Assembly: GCA_002730525.1 (NCBI GenBank)
Contig: PCAK01000005.1
Coordinates: forward strand, 1,280-65,279
Origin: Acidobacteriota bacterium
GTDB lineage: Bacteria > Acidobacteriota > Vicinamibacteria > Vicinamibacterales > UBA823
Length of the DNA: 64,000 nt
Direction of reading: 5' to 3'
Part shown: positions 30,395 to 40,445 of the stretch, one piece after another
How the letters are laid out: the number at the start of each line of letters is the position of its first letter
How positions within the stretch are numbered: position 1 is the first letter of the stretch
Program-made: the position numbers and the translations under genes
Notes under the pieces: generated by a model
Told to the model about the DNA's origin: nothing
Seen by the model: only the letters and a program-made list of their open reading frames with translations
Database searches by the model: none

Positions 30395-31972
30395 ATGCTG
30401 GACAATCTCATCCTCGTCGCCTACTTCCTCGGCATCTTCGCGATCGGCTTCCACTTCGCGCGGAAGGAGCGGACGAGCCGCGACTACTTCCTGGCCGGCC
30501 AGCACGTCGGCTGGTTCGCGATCGGCGCGTCGGTCTTCGCGACAAACATCGGCAGCGAGCACTTCATCGGCCTGGCCGGCTCGGGCGCCACGTCGGGCCT
30601 GGCAGTCGGCGCCTACGAGTGGTCGGCCTCGCTCTGCCTCTTCGTCCTCGGCTGGCTCTTCCTGCCGCACTATTTGAAGACGCGCGTCTTCACGATGCCC
30701 GAGTTTCTCGAGCGGCGGTTCAGCCCGGGCTGTCGCGCCTACCTGACCTGGGTCTCGATCTTCGCCTACATCTTCACGAAGATCTCGGTATCGCTCTTCG
30801 CCGGCGGGATCCTGATCCGTGAGGTCTTCGGCTGGGACTACATGACCTCGGCGATCCTGCTGGTCATCGCGACCGGCGCCTACACGATCGCCGGCGGCCT
30901 GGCCGCGGTCATCTACACCGATCTCGTCCAGGCGTTCATCTTGATCGGCGGCGCGATCCTCCTGACGACGATCGGTCTGAACGAGGCGGGCGGCTTCGCC
31001 GGCCTCCGGGCCGCGCTGCCGGCCGACTTCTTCCACATGATCAAGCCGGCCGGTGACGCGGTCTACCCCTGGCCGGGAACGACGATCGGCACGATCATCC
31101 TCGGCATCTGGTACTGGTGCACCGACCAGGTGATCGTTCAGAAGACGCTCGCGGCGAAGAACCTCCACGACGCACGGAAGGGGACGATCTTCTGCGCCGC
31201 GTTGAAGATTCTGCCGGTCTTCATCCTCGTGCTGCCCGGCCTCATCGCCAAGGCGCTCTGGCCCGAGGACGTGACCGGCGACAACGCCTATCCGTTGCTG
31301 GTCCTGCGCCTGCTGCCGGCGGGCATCCAGGGGCTGATGATCGCCGCGCTGCTGGCGGCGCTGATGTCGTCGCTCAGTTCCGTCTTCAACTCTTGCTCGA
31401 CGCTCTTGACGATGGACGTCTACAAGAAGCGGCATCCCGACGCGGCCGAGCAGACGCTCGTCCGCGTCGGCCGGACCACGACGGCGATCATCGTCGTCGT
31501 CTCCATCCTCTGGATTCCATTCATCCAGTTCATGAACAGCGAGATCTACCAGTACCTCCAGAGCATCCAGGCGAGCCTGGCGGCGCCGATCACGGCGGCG
31601 TTCCTCGTCGGCATCCTCTGGAAGGGGGCGACGGCGCGCGCCGCGCTGACGACGCTGGTCTTCGGCGGGGTCATCGGCGGCACGCGGTTCCTGCTCGACG
31701 TGCTGCACAACGGTCTCGGCTGGAACCTGGGCGGCCTGAACGCGGTCGTCGAGTTCAGCTTCCTGAACTTCTCCGTGATCCTCTTCTTTGTCTCGGTCGC
31801 AATGATGGTCTGGCTGAGCCGGCCGAGCGAGCGTCGCGCCGCCGAGTCGCTGGCCGACACGACACTCGACTGGGAGAGCCACGCCGCCGAGATTGCGGGG
31901 CGAACGACCGAGAAGATGATGACCGGAATCGTCGGCGTGGCGATCATCGGACTCTGGGCATATTTTGCGTAG
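30395..31972 (+). CDS. Sodium:solute symporter, SGLT-like
   Basis: DYFLAG, TNIGSEHFIGLAG, TMPEFLERRF, WYWCTDQVIVQ, AALMSSLSS. Confidence 0.93.
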   Translation: MLDNLILVAYFLGIFAIGFHFARKERTSRDYFLAGQHVGWFAIGASVFATNIGSEHFIGLAGSGATSGLAVGAYEWSASLCLFVLGWLFLPHYLKTRVFTMPEFLERRFSPGCRAYLTWVSIFAYIFTKISVSLFAGGILIREVFGWDYMTSAILLVIATGAYTIAGGLAAVIYTDLVQAFILIGGAILLTTIGLNEAGGFAGLRAALPADFFHMIKPAGDAVYPWPGTTIGTIILGIWYWCTDQVIVQKTLAAKNLHDARKGTIFCAALKILPVFILVLPGLIAKALWPEDVTGDNAYPLLVLRLLPAGIQGLMIAALLAALMSSLSSVFNSCSTLLTMDVYKKRHPDAAEQTLVRVGRTTTAIIVVVSILWIPFIQFMNSEIYQYLQSIQASLAAPITAAFLVGILWKGATARAALTTLVFGGVIGGTRFLLDVLHNGLGWNLGGLNAVVEFSFLNFSVILFFVSVAMMVWLSRPSERRAAESLADTTLDWESHAAEIAGRTTEKMMTGIVGVAIIGLWAYFA

Positions 31973-32005
31973 ACGTGCTCGCCAGCCGCTCGTCGTGAAC
32001 AGGTA

Positions 32006-32764
32006 ATGCAGAGCGAGATCATCCTCGAAGCCTGTGTCGATTCGATCGAGGGCGCCCTGGCGGCCGAGGCTGGCGGAGCCGGCCGGATCGAACTGTGCGC
32101 GGCGCTCAGCGAGGGCGGCCTGACGCCGAGCGCCGGGGTGATCGCCGTCGCGCGTCAGCGTGTGGGGATCGCCGCGCACGTGATGATCCGACCGCGCGGC
32201 GGTGACTTCCTCTATACCGACGTCGAGTTCGCGGCGATGCAGCGCGACGCCGAGATGGCCAAGCGGCTGGGCGCCGCCGGCGTCGTCTTCGGACTACTTC
32301 TGCCCGACAGCAGCATCGACCTGGCGCGGACTCGGCAGCTCGTCGAGCAATCGCAGCCGATGTCGGTCACGTTCCACCGGGCGTTCGACATGACCGCCGA
32401 TCCGGAGAAGGCCTTGACCGATCTCATCGCGCTCGGCGTCGATCGCGTCCTGACGTCGGGCCAGGCACCGATCGCGGCGGAAGGAATCGACCTGCTGACG
32501 ACACTCGTGAAACAGGCCGGCGACGAGATCGTCGTGATACCCGGCGGTGGGATCGACGAGATGACTCTGGCGAAGATTCTGGCCGAGACCGGCGCCAGCG
32601 AGATCCACGTGACCGGCACGCGAGAGGTCGACAGCGGGATGACGTTTCGGAATCCCCGGCTCTACATGGGTCGTGAACCCGACCGCTCGGAGTTCTCGAC
32701 GGTGGTCGCCGACGCCGACCGGGTCCGGGCGATGGTCGAGTTGGCGCGTCGATCGCGACCCTGA
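32006..32764 (+). CDS. cutC: CutC-family TIM-barrel protein
   Basis: EAC, RIELC..EGGLTPS, MIRPRGGDF, TFHRAFD, LTSG. Confidence 0.95.
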   Translation: MQSEIILEACVDSIEGALAAEAGGAGRIELCAALSEGGLTPSAGVIAVARQRVGIAAHVMIRPRGGDFLYTDVEFAAMQRDAEMAKRLGAAGVVFGLLLPDSSIDLARTRQLVEQSQPMSVTFHRAFDMTADPEKALTDLIALGVDRVLTSGQAPIAAEGIDLLTTLVKQAGDEIVVIPGGGIDEMTLAKILAETGASEIHVTGTREVDSGMTFRNPRLYMGREPDRSEFSTVVADADRVRAMVELARRSRP

Positions 32765-32788
32765 AGGGTCGCGCCACCCGAGAGCTTC

Positions 32789-34177
32789 ATGAGCCGAATC
32801 GGTTCCGTCTACCTCCCGGATTTCGGCCACGACGAGGCCCTGCCCAAACTGCCGCTCGGCGAGTACCGCAGGCGTATCGACGCTGCGATCGAGCGGATGC
32901 AGACCGAAGGCCTCGATATCGTCGTCGTCTACGCCGACCGGGAGCACTCGGCGACCCTGGCGTTCCTGACCGGGTTCGATCCGCGTTTCGAGGAAGCGCT
33001 GCTCCTGCTCGACACGCAGGGCCGCCGGCTGCTCCTCGTCGGCAACGAGTGTCTCGGCTATCTCCCGGACCCTGCGCTCGGCCTCGACATCGAACTGTTC
33101 CAGGAGCTGAGCCTCCTCGGCCAGCAGCGCAACGGATCGCGTCCGCTTGCCGCGATCCTCAGCGACTTCGGCGTCAGCACGGGCCGGCGGGTAGGCTGTG
33201 TCGGCTGGAAGTACTTCGAGGCAGGCCTGGTCGACGACCCCGACCGCGCGATCGAGATCCCCGCCTATGTGGTCGATGCGCTCAGAACGCTCACGGACGG
33301 CCGCGGCTCCGTGCGAAACGCGACCGCCCTCTTCATGAACCCCGACGACGGCCTGCGGCTCACGAACTCGGTCGATCAGATCGCGAGGTTCGAGTTCGCG
33401 TCAACCCGGACGTCTGAGAGCATTCTCGTGGTCGTGCAGCACCTCGAACCCGGGGCCAGCGAAGCCGCGCTCGCGCGTCGCATGCACGGCGGTGGCCTGC
33501 CACAATCGTGTCATCCGATGCTCAGCTTCGGCGAGAAGGCGAAGCGCGGCCTCTCGAGCCCGGCCAACATCAGGGCAACTCGCGGGGATACCTATACGAC
33601 CGCGTTCGGTCTCTGGGGGGCGCTGACCTGCCGAGCCGGCATCGTCGGCAACGGCCCAGAGGACCTGCCTGACAGCCTCCGCGACTTCTACCCCGCCTAC
33701 GTGGCGAACTACTTCGATGCCGTTGTCGCCTGGTACGGGGCGGTGAAGGTCGGCGCCGTCGCGGGCGACGTCTTCGCCGCGGTCGAGGCGGCGCGCGACA
33801 CCTCGCTCTGGCACCGGGCGGTCAACCCCGGTCACTACATCCATCTCGACGAATGGGTGCATTCGCCGTTCACGGCCGGAAGCCGCACCGTGCTGCGGTC
33901 TGGCTCGGCACTCCAGATGGACATCATCCCCGTCTCGGACGGGCCGTTCTGCTACGCGAACGGCGAGGACGGCGTCGTCCTGGCCGACGAGACGCTCCGG
34001 GGTGAACTGGCCGAGCGGCACCCTGCCGCCTGGAGACGGATCGAGGCTCGCCGCGCCTTCATGACCGACGCGCTCGGCATCGCCCTCGACGCCAGCGTCC
34101 TGCCGCTCTCGAACATGCCGGCCTGGTTGCCGCCCTGCGCGCTCGATCTCGATCGAGCGCTCGTCGCAGATAGGTAG
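32789..34177 (+). CDS. M24/creatinase-like (Xaa-Pro aminopeptidase-like) protein of unknown function
   Basis: VYADREH..LTGFDPRFEEALL, NPGHYIHLDEW, QMDIIP, EDG. Confidence 0.7.
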   Translation: MSRIGSVYLPDFGHDEALPKLPLGEYRRRIDAAIERMQTEGLDIVVVYADREHSATLAFLTGFDPRFEEALLLLDTQGRRLLLVGNECLGYLPDPALGLDIELFQELSLLGQQRNGSRPLAAILSDFGVSTGRRVGCVGWKYFEAGLVDDPDRAIEIPAYVVDALRTLTDGRGSVRNATALFMNPDDGLRLTNSVDQIARFEFASTRTSESILVVVQHLEPGASEAALARRMHGGGLPQSCHPMLSFGEKAKRGLSSPANIRATRGDTYTTAFGLWGALTCRAGIVGNGPEDLPDSLRDFYPAYVANYFDAVVAWYGAVKVGAVAGDVFAAVEAARDTSLWHRAVNPGHYIHLDEWVHSPFTAGSRTVLRSGSALQMDIIPVSDGPFCYANGEDGVVLADETLRGELAERHPAAWRRIEARRAFMTDALGIALDASVLPLSNMPAWLPPCALDLDRALVADR

Positions 34178-34275
34178 GCCCTCGCTCGACGCTCCGAGCC
34201 GAAGTTGCATGTGCAATAATCGAGGTTTACGCCGTTCGTCGTTCCGCGCTGCTTCACCAACGAGGAGACTCATCG

Positions 34276-34779
34276 ATGGCCATCAAGGACGCGCTGCTTC
34301 CCGAGTTCGATCACGAAATGGGCACCACCCGAAAATTGCTCGCCTGTGCCCCGATGGCCGACCGCGACTGGACACCTCACGCGAAGTCGATGTCCGTCGG
34401 TGACCTGGTCAAGCATGTCGCCGAGATTCCCGGCTGGGCTGGCGGAATCGTCGATGCGGACTCGTGGGACGCCGCTTCCGGTGGCGACGCGCCGAAGAAG
34501 GTCTACACGTCGAACGACGAGGCCATCGCCGACTTCGACGCCGGCGTCGCCAAGGCACGCGCGGCGATTGAATCAAAGTCGGACGCCGAGTGGATGCAGA
34601 CCTGGACGCTCAAGAACGGCGACCAGGAGATTATGAGCATGCCGAAGATGGGTGTGGTGCGCAGCTTCCTGATGAACCACCTGATCCATCACCGCGGCCA
34701 GCTGAGCGTCTACATCCGATTGAAGGACGTCGCCGTGCCGTCGATCTACGGCCCATCCGCCGACGAGAAGGCGTTCTAG
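34276..34779 (+). CDS. DinB-family protein
   Basis: PHAKSM, NHLIHHRGQLSVY, VPSIYGPSAD. Confidence 0.9.
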   Translation: MAIKDALLPEFDHEMGTTRKLLACAPMADRDWTPHAKSMSVGDLVKHVAEIPGWAGGIVDADSWDAASGGDAPKKVYTSNDEAIADFDAGVAKARAAIESKSDAEWMQTWTLKNGDQEIMSMPKMGVVRSFLMNHLIHHRGQLSVYIRLKDVAVPSIYGPSADEKAF

Positions 34780-34785
34780 TTTCAG

Positions 34786-34882
34786 ACGGGGGCTTTGCCC
34801 CCGGCCCCCCCCGCGGGCGCTACACGGGGACCCCGCCACGCCCCACTCCGCGCCCGCGCGGCGCGCTGTGCGCGCCGTGATC
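34786..34882 (-). repeat. Structured intergenic repeat, copy 1
   Basis: Reverse complement aligns with 63929-64000; three hairpins. Confidence 0.75.
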
Positions 34883-34885
34883 GGA

Positions 34886-37201
34886 TCACGGCGTGACGAG
34901 TACCCCATTCGGCCCGTCCAAGGTGACCGTCCGGTCACTGCCGTCCTCGAAGACCACCCGCACGTCGCGGGGTTCGCCGTCCGGCGCCAGATCGGTCAGC
35001 GCGAAGCCGCTGTCGGTCAGCTCGACCGCGACCGAGTCGATCCCGAACCCCTGCCCCCGCGGCCGGTCGAGGTAGACCTGGCCGAAGTGGTCGGTCACTC
35101 GGTTGTAGGCTTCGCTCGCCGCGCCGTTGCCCCAGTCGTAGATCGTGAAGACGCCGATGCCCACGCCCTCGGGGCTCGTCGTCCCGCCGTGCCCGTAGTT
35201 CTCCATCGTGAAGCCGTAGTCCTCGGGTCCGAAGAATGGATGCGCCAGCTCCCACTGCTCCTTGGCCATCGGATTCTCGGGCGCATACATCATGACGAAC
35301 GACGACTTGAGCGCTGCCACCCCGCGCTCGAAGAGATGCGCATCGCCCGTCGCCTCGTAGTAGCGGAGAAACAGCTCGGCGAACAGGCTCTGCCGCGAGT
35401 CGTTCCACTCGCCATCGGTGTTCATCACGCCGAAACCGCCGAGCGCCGGCACGTAGATGAACGGCGGCTGCCAGACCTGCTGCGCCATCGACAGTTCGTC
35501 GAGCGTCCGAAGGCCCCAGGCCAGGTACCGCGTGTCGTCGGTGACCCGCCAGCTCTCGTAGAGCGCCTCGGCCGTCCAGAAGATCGAGAAGGTGTTCTGC
35601 TTGAACATCCCATTTCGCTCGAACGGCCGGCCGACGTGCGTCTCCTGGCCGAAGGCGTTGCACGACCAGTAGGTCTCGAAGTCCTCCCAGCGGCCAGCTC
35701 GAACCGGGCCGTCGAGGACGGCGTCCATCGCGCGGAGCGCCGACTCGCGATAGCTCGCCTCCCCGGTCACCTCGGCCAACTTCAGGAGAAACGTCACGCT
35801 CATGCTCGTCTCGGGTGAGTCACGGAAGACTGCGGACGGCGCCAGGGTCTCGGGATGCAGCCACGACGGGAAGAAGCCGCTCGGCTCCTGCAGCGTCAAC
35901 AGCTTGTCGGCGTAGGCGCGCGCGTAGGCGACCAGCTCGGGATCGGCCTCGAACTCCTCGTGCCACCGCAACATCAGGAGCGCCGTCCAGCTCGCATCGA
36001 GCAGGTGGAACCAGTCGGTGGAGACGCCGAGATTCTCCGGACTCCGATTCGAGTTCGTCCAGTAGGCTTCGTCCCACCCGCGCGGCCGCTCGTAGGTCTC
36101 GTCGCCGATCGCGACCATCTCGTTGTCGGTCCGGATCACCGACGGAAAGATGCCGTCGCGCATCGGCGCCGCCAGCGCCAGCGCCTTCGTCAGGGTGGCT
36201 TTCGCCTCCAACTCGGCCGAGCCGACCTGCCGGGCCCAGCGCATCACACCCGACGCGCTGCGCAGCGACGAGAACCACGCCTGATTCCAGATCGACAGGA
36301 ACTCGCGCTGCTCCCACTCCCCCGGATAGTTCGGCGATTGGGTGACGTTGACGATGAACTGCGGGGCGCCCACGCGGTTTCCGTCCAGCTCGAACTCCTG
36401 CCAGACAACGTCGGCCCACGACTCGAACGCCCAGTCGTAGGTGCGCTCGACGTAGCGCGCCATCGGCACCCGATTCGGCTCGCCCGCGGCATGGAGCGGC
36501 CGTGCCCAGCGGTCCCAGAGAAACCGCGACACGCGTCTCCAGGGATTGGGCGCAGCCTCGGCGTCGCCGTCCGCGCCGGCGTCGGTGTAGGCAGTCACGA
36601 AGAACGCCAGCTCGAGTTCGCCGGGCTCGAAGGTCATGCCGGGCGCCTTCTCGTAGAGGACGTGCGTCGGAATCGACGTCAGCGACATGCCGACCCACGC
36701 GCGGCCGGCCCGGGCGTCGTAGTCGAGATACCAGCGGTTACCAGCGTGCTGGCCGACCAGATCCAGGTCGGGCACGAGCGCGAACGTCGAGGGCCCCTCT
36801 GCGACGATAAACGCCGGCGACCGGAAGACATGCTGGGCGGCCACGTAGCCGTCCTCGGGCGCCAGGTGCGGCAGCCAGTGGAAATCCGGCTCGATGTCGA
36901 GCGCCACTTCCACGGCCAGATCGTCCTGCTGGACGGAGCGATCGAGCTGCCAGCGAAACGCGACCCGCGACCAGCCGTCGTCGATCGCCTCAATCTCGAT
37001 CTCGGGTGACCCAGCCTCCCCCAGTTCTGGGGGAACGATCGACGCGAACGTCCGGCCCGCGACCTCGACACGGTAGACGTCGCCGTCGGGGACGACCTGT
37101 GACGCCGGCTCGGGGCCACCGCCCGGCGGCGCTGGCGCGCAGGCGCAGGCGAGAACGACCGCCGCAAGCTGAGCGACCCAGCCGGCTATTCCCAGACGCA
37201 T
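34886..37201 (-). CDS. Large lipoprotein, putative (alpha/alpha)6-barrel glycosidase-like
   Basis: GGAGGAAG RBS, lipobox ACAC, Trp/Glu/Asp-rich helical C-half (WNQAWF, WEDFETYWSC, DGEWNDSRQ, ENYGH). Confidence 0.6.
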   Translation of the reverse strand: MRLGIAGWVAQLAAVVLACACAPAPPGGGPEPASQVVPDGDVYRVEVAGRTFASIVPPELGEAGSPEIEIEAIDDGWSRVAFRWQLDRSVQQDDLAVEVALDIEPDFHWLPHLAPEDGYVAAQHVFRSPAFIVAEGPSTFALVPDLDLVGQHAGNRWYLDYDARAGRAWVGMSLTSIPTHVLYEKAPGMTFEPGELELAFFVTAYTDAGADGDAEAAPNPWRRVSRFLWDRWARPLHAAGEPNRVPMARYVERTYDWAFESWADVVWQEFELDGNRVGAPQFIVNVTQSPNYPGEWEQREFLSIWNQAWFSSLRSASGVMRWARQVGSAELEAKATLTKALALAAPMRDGIFPSVIRTDNEMVAIGDETYERPRGWDEAYWTNSNRSPENLGVSTDWFHLLDASWTALLMLRWHEEFEADPELVAYARAYADKLLTLQEPSGFFPSWLHPETLAPSAVFRDSPETSMSVTFLLKLAEVTGEASYRESALRAMDAVLDGPVRAGRWEDFETYWSCNAFGQETHVGRPFERNGMFKQNTFSIFWTAEALYESWRVTDDTRYLAWGLRTLDELSMAQQVWQPPFIYVPALGGFGVMNTDGEWNDSRQSLFAELFLRYYEATGDAHLFERGVAALKSSFVMMYAPENPMAKEQWELAHPFFGPEDYGFTMENYGHGGTTSPEGVGIGVFTIYDWGNGAASEAYNRVTDHFGQVYLDRPRGQGFGIDSVAVELTDSGFALTDLAPDGEPRDVRVVFEDGSDRTVTLDGPNGVLVTP

Positions 37202-37352
37202 GACTTCCTCCCTCCGCGAACGACCAAGTATACGCGAGGGTGTTCGAGGACCGGCGCGCACCAGCGACAGACCGGGCAAGCCACTTGAAGCCAGGGGGTA
37301 GACTATCCAGGAGAACGCTCGCCACGCCGACTGGCCGAAACCCGGAGGACAA

Positions 37353-39011
37353 ATGCTGCCGATGCCGTCGCGTCGCCTAGTATCCGCCACGCTGTGCGCG
37401 CTCGCCCTCCTGACGCTATGGCCCAGCGGCGCCGTCGCGCAGGCGCCGCGACGGATCACGCTCGCGGCGACCAGCGGTCTCGCCATCCGGCAGGCCGACT
37501 CGATCGTCGATCGCCTCGCGCGCGCCGGCGCCCTGCGGATGCGGCGCGTACAGGCCGATACGCTCCTGCCGGACCGCACGCACCAGCGGATGGTGCAGCA
37601 CTACGCGGGGCTGCCGGTGCACGGCGGCGAGATCGCGCGCCAGCTCGACCGTGGGCTGACCGTGTCGGTCTTCGGTCAGCTCTTCGACGACATCGACATC
37701 TACCCGCTCCCGACGCTGTCCCAAGATGCCGCGCGGCAAGTCATGGAAGCGGCGGTAGGTGGGCCGCTCAACCCAGCGACGGCTCCCATCCTGACGGTGC
37801 TGCCGCTCGAGGAGGGCGGCTACGCACTCGTCTACGACGCGACGCTCTATGCCGGCGGCGAGTCGATGAGGTATTTCGTCGACGCCCACGACGGCTCGAT
37901 CGTCGACCAGTACAGCGTCATCCTGACCCAGGGCATGGCCGGCACCGGCCTGGGTGTCAACGGCGATCTCAAGAAGATTGCCGTCACACCCCTGGGCGGG
38001 CAGTTCGTCGCCGACGACTCGCTCCGCCCCGTGCCGCTGGCCACCTACGACATGGCGGGCGAAACCGACCGGGTCGGGCAGGTGCTCAACGGCGGCGTGA
38101 TGCTCTCACCGTCCGATCTCGCCGCGGACCCGGACAACGTCTGGGTCGACCCGGCCAGCGTCGACGGCCACGTGCACAGCGGGTGGACCTACGATTATTT
38201 CTTCCGCGCTCTCGGGTTCCAGGCGGTCGACGGCAACAATCTGCGGATCATCTCGCTGGTGCACCCAGCGAATCGCGATGATTTCCCGTCGGCCACGAGC
38301 CGCGACATCTTTCTCTTCTATCTGAACGCGTTCTACTGCCCGGGCTGCGGCCCCGACGGCAAGGGCATCCTCGTCTACGGCGAAGGGCTGCCGGAGGACA
38401 GAGACTTCCTGGGTTCCCGCGTGGACTACTTCACCGGCGCGCTCGACGTCGTCGCGCACGAGATCACCCACGCCGTGACCTTCTTCACCTCGCGCCTCGG
38501 AACCCGAGACGTCCCCGGCGCGCTGAACGAAGCGTTTTCCGATGTAATGGGCACGGCAGCCGAATTCTTCTTCCAACCGCCGGGCAGCGGCGTGCTGCAG
38601 GCCGACTATCTGGTCGGGGAAGACATCATCACCCCCCCGCTGGCCGGCTTGAACCGATCCCTCGAAGACCCGGCCCGCTTCGGCGATCGCGATCACCTCA
38701 GCAAGCTCTTCACCGGCTTCGCCGACAACGGCGGCGTGCACACGAATTCGACGATCGCGAGCCACGCCTTCTACCTGGCGGTCGAGGGCGGAACGAACCG
38801 CACCTCCGGGATTACCGTAAACGGCGTCGGCCGGCCTCGGCTTCAGGAGGTCGCCGAAGCGTTCTTCCGGGGGTTTGCATTTCTGCTGCCCTCCAACGCC
38901 ACGTTCGCCTTGGCTCGTGCCGCGACCCTGCAATCGGCGCAGGACCTCGACCCGACCGGCGAACTGCGCAACGCGCTCGCCAATGCGTGGCGCGCCGTGG
39001 GGGTGCAATGA
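37353..39011 (+). CDS. M4 (thermolysin-family) metalloprotease with FTP/PepSY prodomain
   Basis: QHYAGLPVHG, YFVDAHDG, NAFY, HEITH, GALNEAFSD, GGVHTNS. Confidence 0.92.
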   Translation: MLPMPSRRLVSATLCALALLTLWPSGAVAQAPRRITLAATSGLAIRQADSIVDRLARAGALRMRRVQADTLLPDRTHQRMVQHYAGLPVHGGEIARQLDRGLTVSVFGQLFDDIDIYPLPTLSQDAARQVMEAAVGGPLNPATAPILTVLPLEEGGYALVYDATLYAGGESMRYFVDAHDGSIVDQYSVILTQGMAGTGLGVNGDLKKIAVTPLGGQFVADDSLRPVPLATYDMAGETDRVGQVLNGGVMLSPSDLAADPDNVWVDPASVDGHVHSGWTYDYFFRALGFQAVDGNNLRIISLVHPANRDDFPSATSRDIFLFYLNAFYCPGCGPDGKGILVYGEGLPEDRDFLGSRVDYFTGALDVVAHEITHAVTFFTSRLGTRDVPGALNEAFSDVMGTAAEFFFQPPGSGVLQADYLVGEDIITPPLAGLNRSLEDPARFGDRDHLSKLFTGFADNGGVHTNSTIASHAFYLAVEGGTNRTSGITVNGVGRPRLQEVAEAFFRGFAFLLPSNATFALARAATLQSAQDLDPTGELRNALANAWRAVGVQ

Positions 39012-39811
39012 TCGCCCGCCCATCCCATCGCGTCGGACACTTCGCGATCGCGGCGACGGTTCTCGCCACGGTACTGGCCGTGCCATCGGCGTCGCTCGCG
39101 CAGACGCCCGAGACACGATGGTTCGTCGCACTCGACGGAGGATTTCAGACCACCGCAGTCGCGGACGCGCTCACCGAACCCATCACCTTCGAACGGTTCG
39201 CGGAGGAAGGCGAACTGACCCGCGACGTCACGATCAATCGGCGTCCGACGATCGCGCTGGCCGGCGGCGTGCGGGTCTGGCGCCAGGCGGGACTCCGGGT
39301 CGGGTTCCAGCACTTCACCCGATACGACGACCTGGAACTGAACGCCAGCATCCCTCACCCATTCTTCTTCGACGCCCCCCGGACCTTCAGTGATACCTCG
39401 ACGATGACCCAGCACGAACGGTCGCTCGACCTCCACGGGTACTGGTCGCTGCGCTTCGGGGACCGACTCAACGTCCAGATTTTCGGCGGACCGACGGTGT
39501 ACTTCACCGCGCTCGATCTGGCTGGCGTGGGCACCGCCCCCGAGGAGTACCCCTATGAGGAGGTGCCGATCACCGGCATCGTGACGTTCGAGCGGAATCC
39601 GACCGCGCTCGGCTGGGGCGTCGGCACGGACATGTCGTTCTTCTTTTGGCGCCACGTAGGTGTAGGGTGGACGGCGCGCTACAGCGATGCATCGGCGGAG
39701 GTGTCGCTGCCCGGTCAGGGGGGGCTGGCCGACACCGTGGGCGAACCCGTGGTGTCGGAGGTCGGTCTCGGCGGCGCGCAGATCGCCGCCGGTATCCGCG
39801 TGCGGTTCTGA
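39008..39811 (+). CDS. Outer-membrane beta-barrel protein
   Basis: Signal peptide, PHPFFFD motif, C-terminal GIRVRF; ATGA overlap with the M4 stop. Confidence 0.75.
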   Translation: MIARPSHRVGHFAIAATVLATVLAVPSASLAQTPETRWFVALDGGFQTTAVADALTEPITFERFAEEGELTRDVTINRRPTIALAGGVRVWRQAGLRVGFQHFTRYDDLELNASIPHPFFFDAPRTFSDTSTMTQHERSLDLHGYWSLRFGDRLNVQIFGGPTVYFTALDLAGVGTAPEEYPYEEVPITGIVTFERNPTALGWGVGTDMSFFFWRHVGVGWTARYSDASAEVSLPGQGGLADTVGEPVVSEVGLGGAQIAAGIRVRF

Positions 39812-39843
39812 AGCCGGCGGCGCGAGCGAACGCCAGGATGGGG

Positions 39844-40445
39844 CTACTGTTCTGGACTCGTCGCGGGGCCAGTCGGCCCGACGCCGGTGACCCCGAGGCC
39901 CGTGGCGGCGCTGAGCACGGTCGAGCCCAACTCGGTGAACGCGTCGGAGCCCACGGCCGCGAGCAGGGTCCCCGCGGAGGGGATCCGCAGTACGGCGTTG
40001 ACGATCTCGCCGACCGCGAGTCGCAGCGAATCGCTCACGCTCAGAATCACGCCGTTCTGATCGATGACTTCCACGAAATACGCGTCGCAGTCGGTGTCTC
40101 GAAGGATGAGTTCGCCCTCCACCTCTTCGGACTCAAAGCACTCTTCGGGCATCCAGTCGCGCACGTCGAGTCCGGGGAAGGCGAACTCCCCGCTCGGTCC
40201 TGTCAGTGTCGTGGCGCGGTTCTGGCCGGTGGAGGCGTCCCGGAGCCGCACGACCAGCACGTCAACGTAGGCCCCAGGGGCAGCACGACGACCCCGTTTT
40301 AGGAAGGCGATACCGGAGCCGCCCGTGGCGTCACGGCCCATCTCGGCCAGCGTCACGACCTCTGGGCATCCGCGCGGTCCGTGTCCACGGCAACGAGCGC
40401 AATGAGCGCAACGAGGACGATGAGCGCCAAGCCAACTGATCGCAT
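39844..40445 (-). pseudogene. Secreted carboxypeptidase-regulatory-like domain protein, frameshifted after the signal peptide (~40362)
   Basis: MRSVGLALIVLVALIALVAVDTDRADAQ then stop; one extra G rejoins EVVTLAEM...VRLRD..TG..TTLTGPSGEFAF. Confidence 0.65.
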
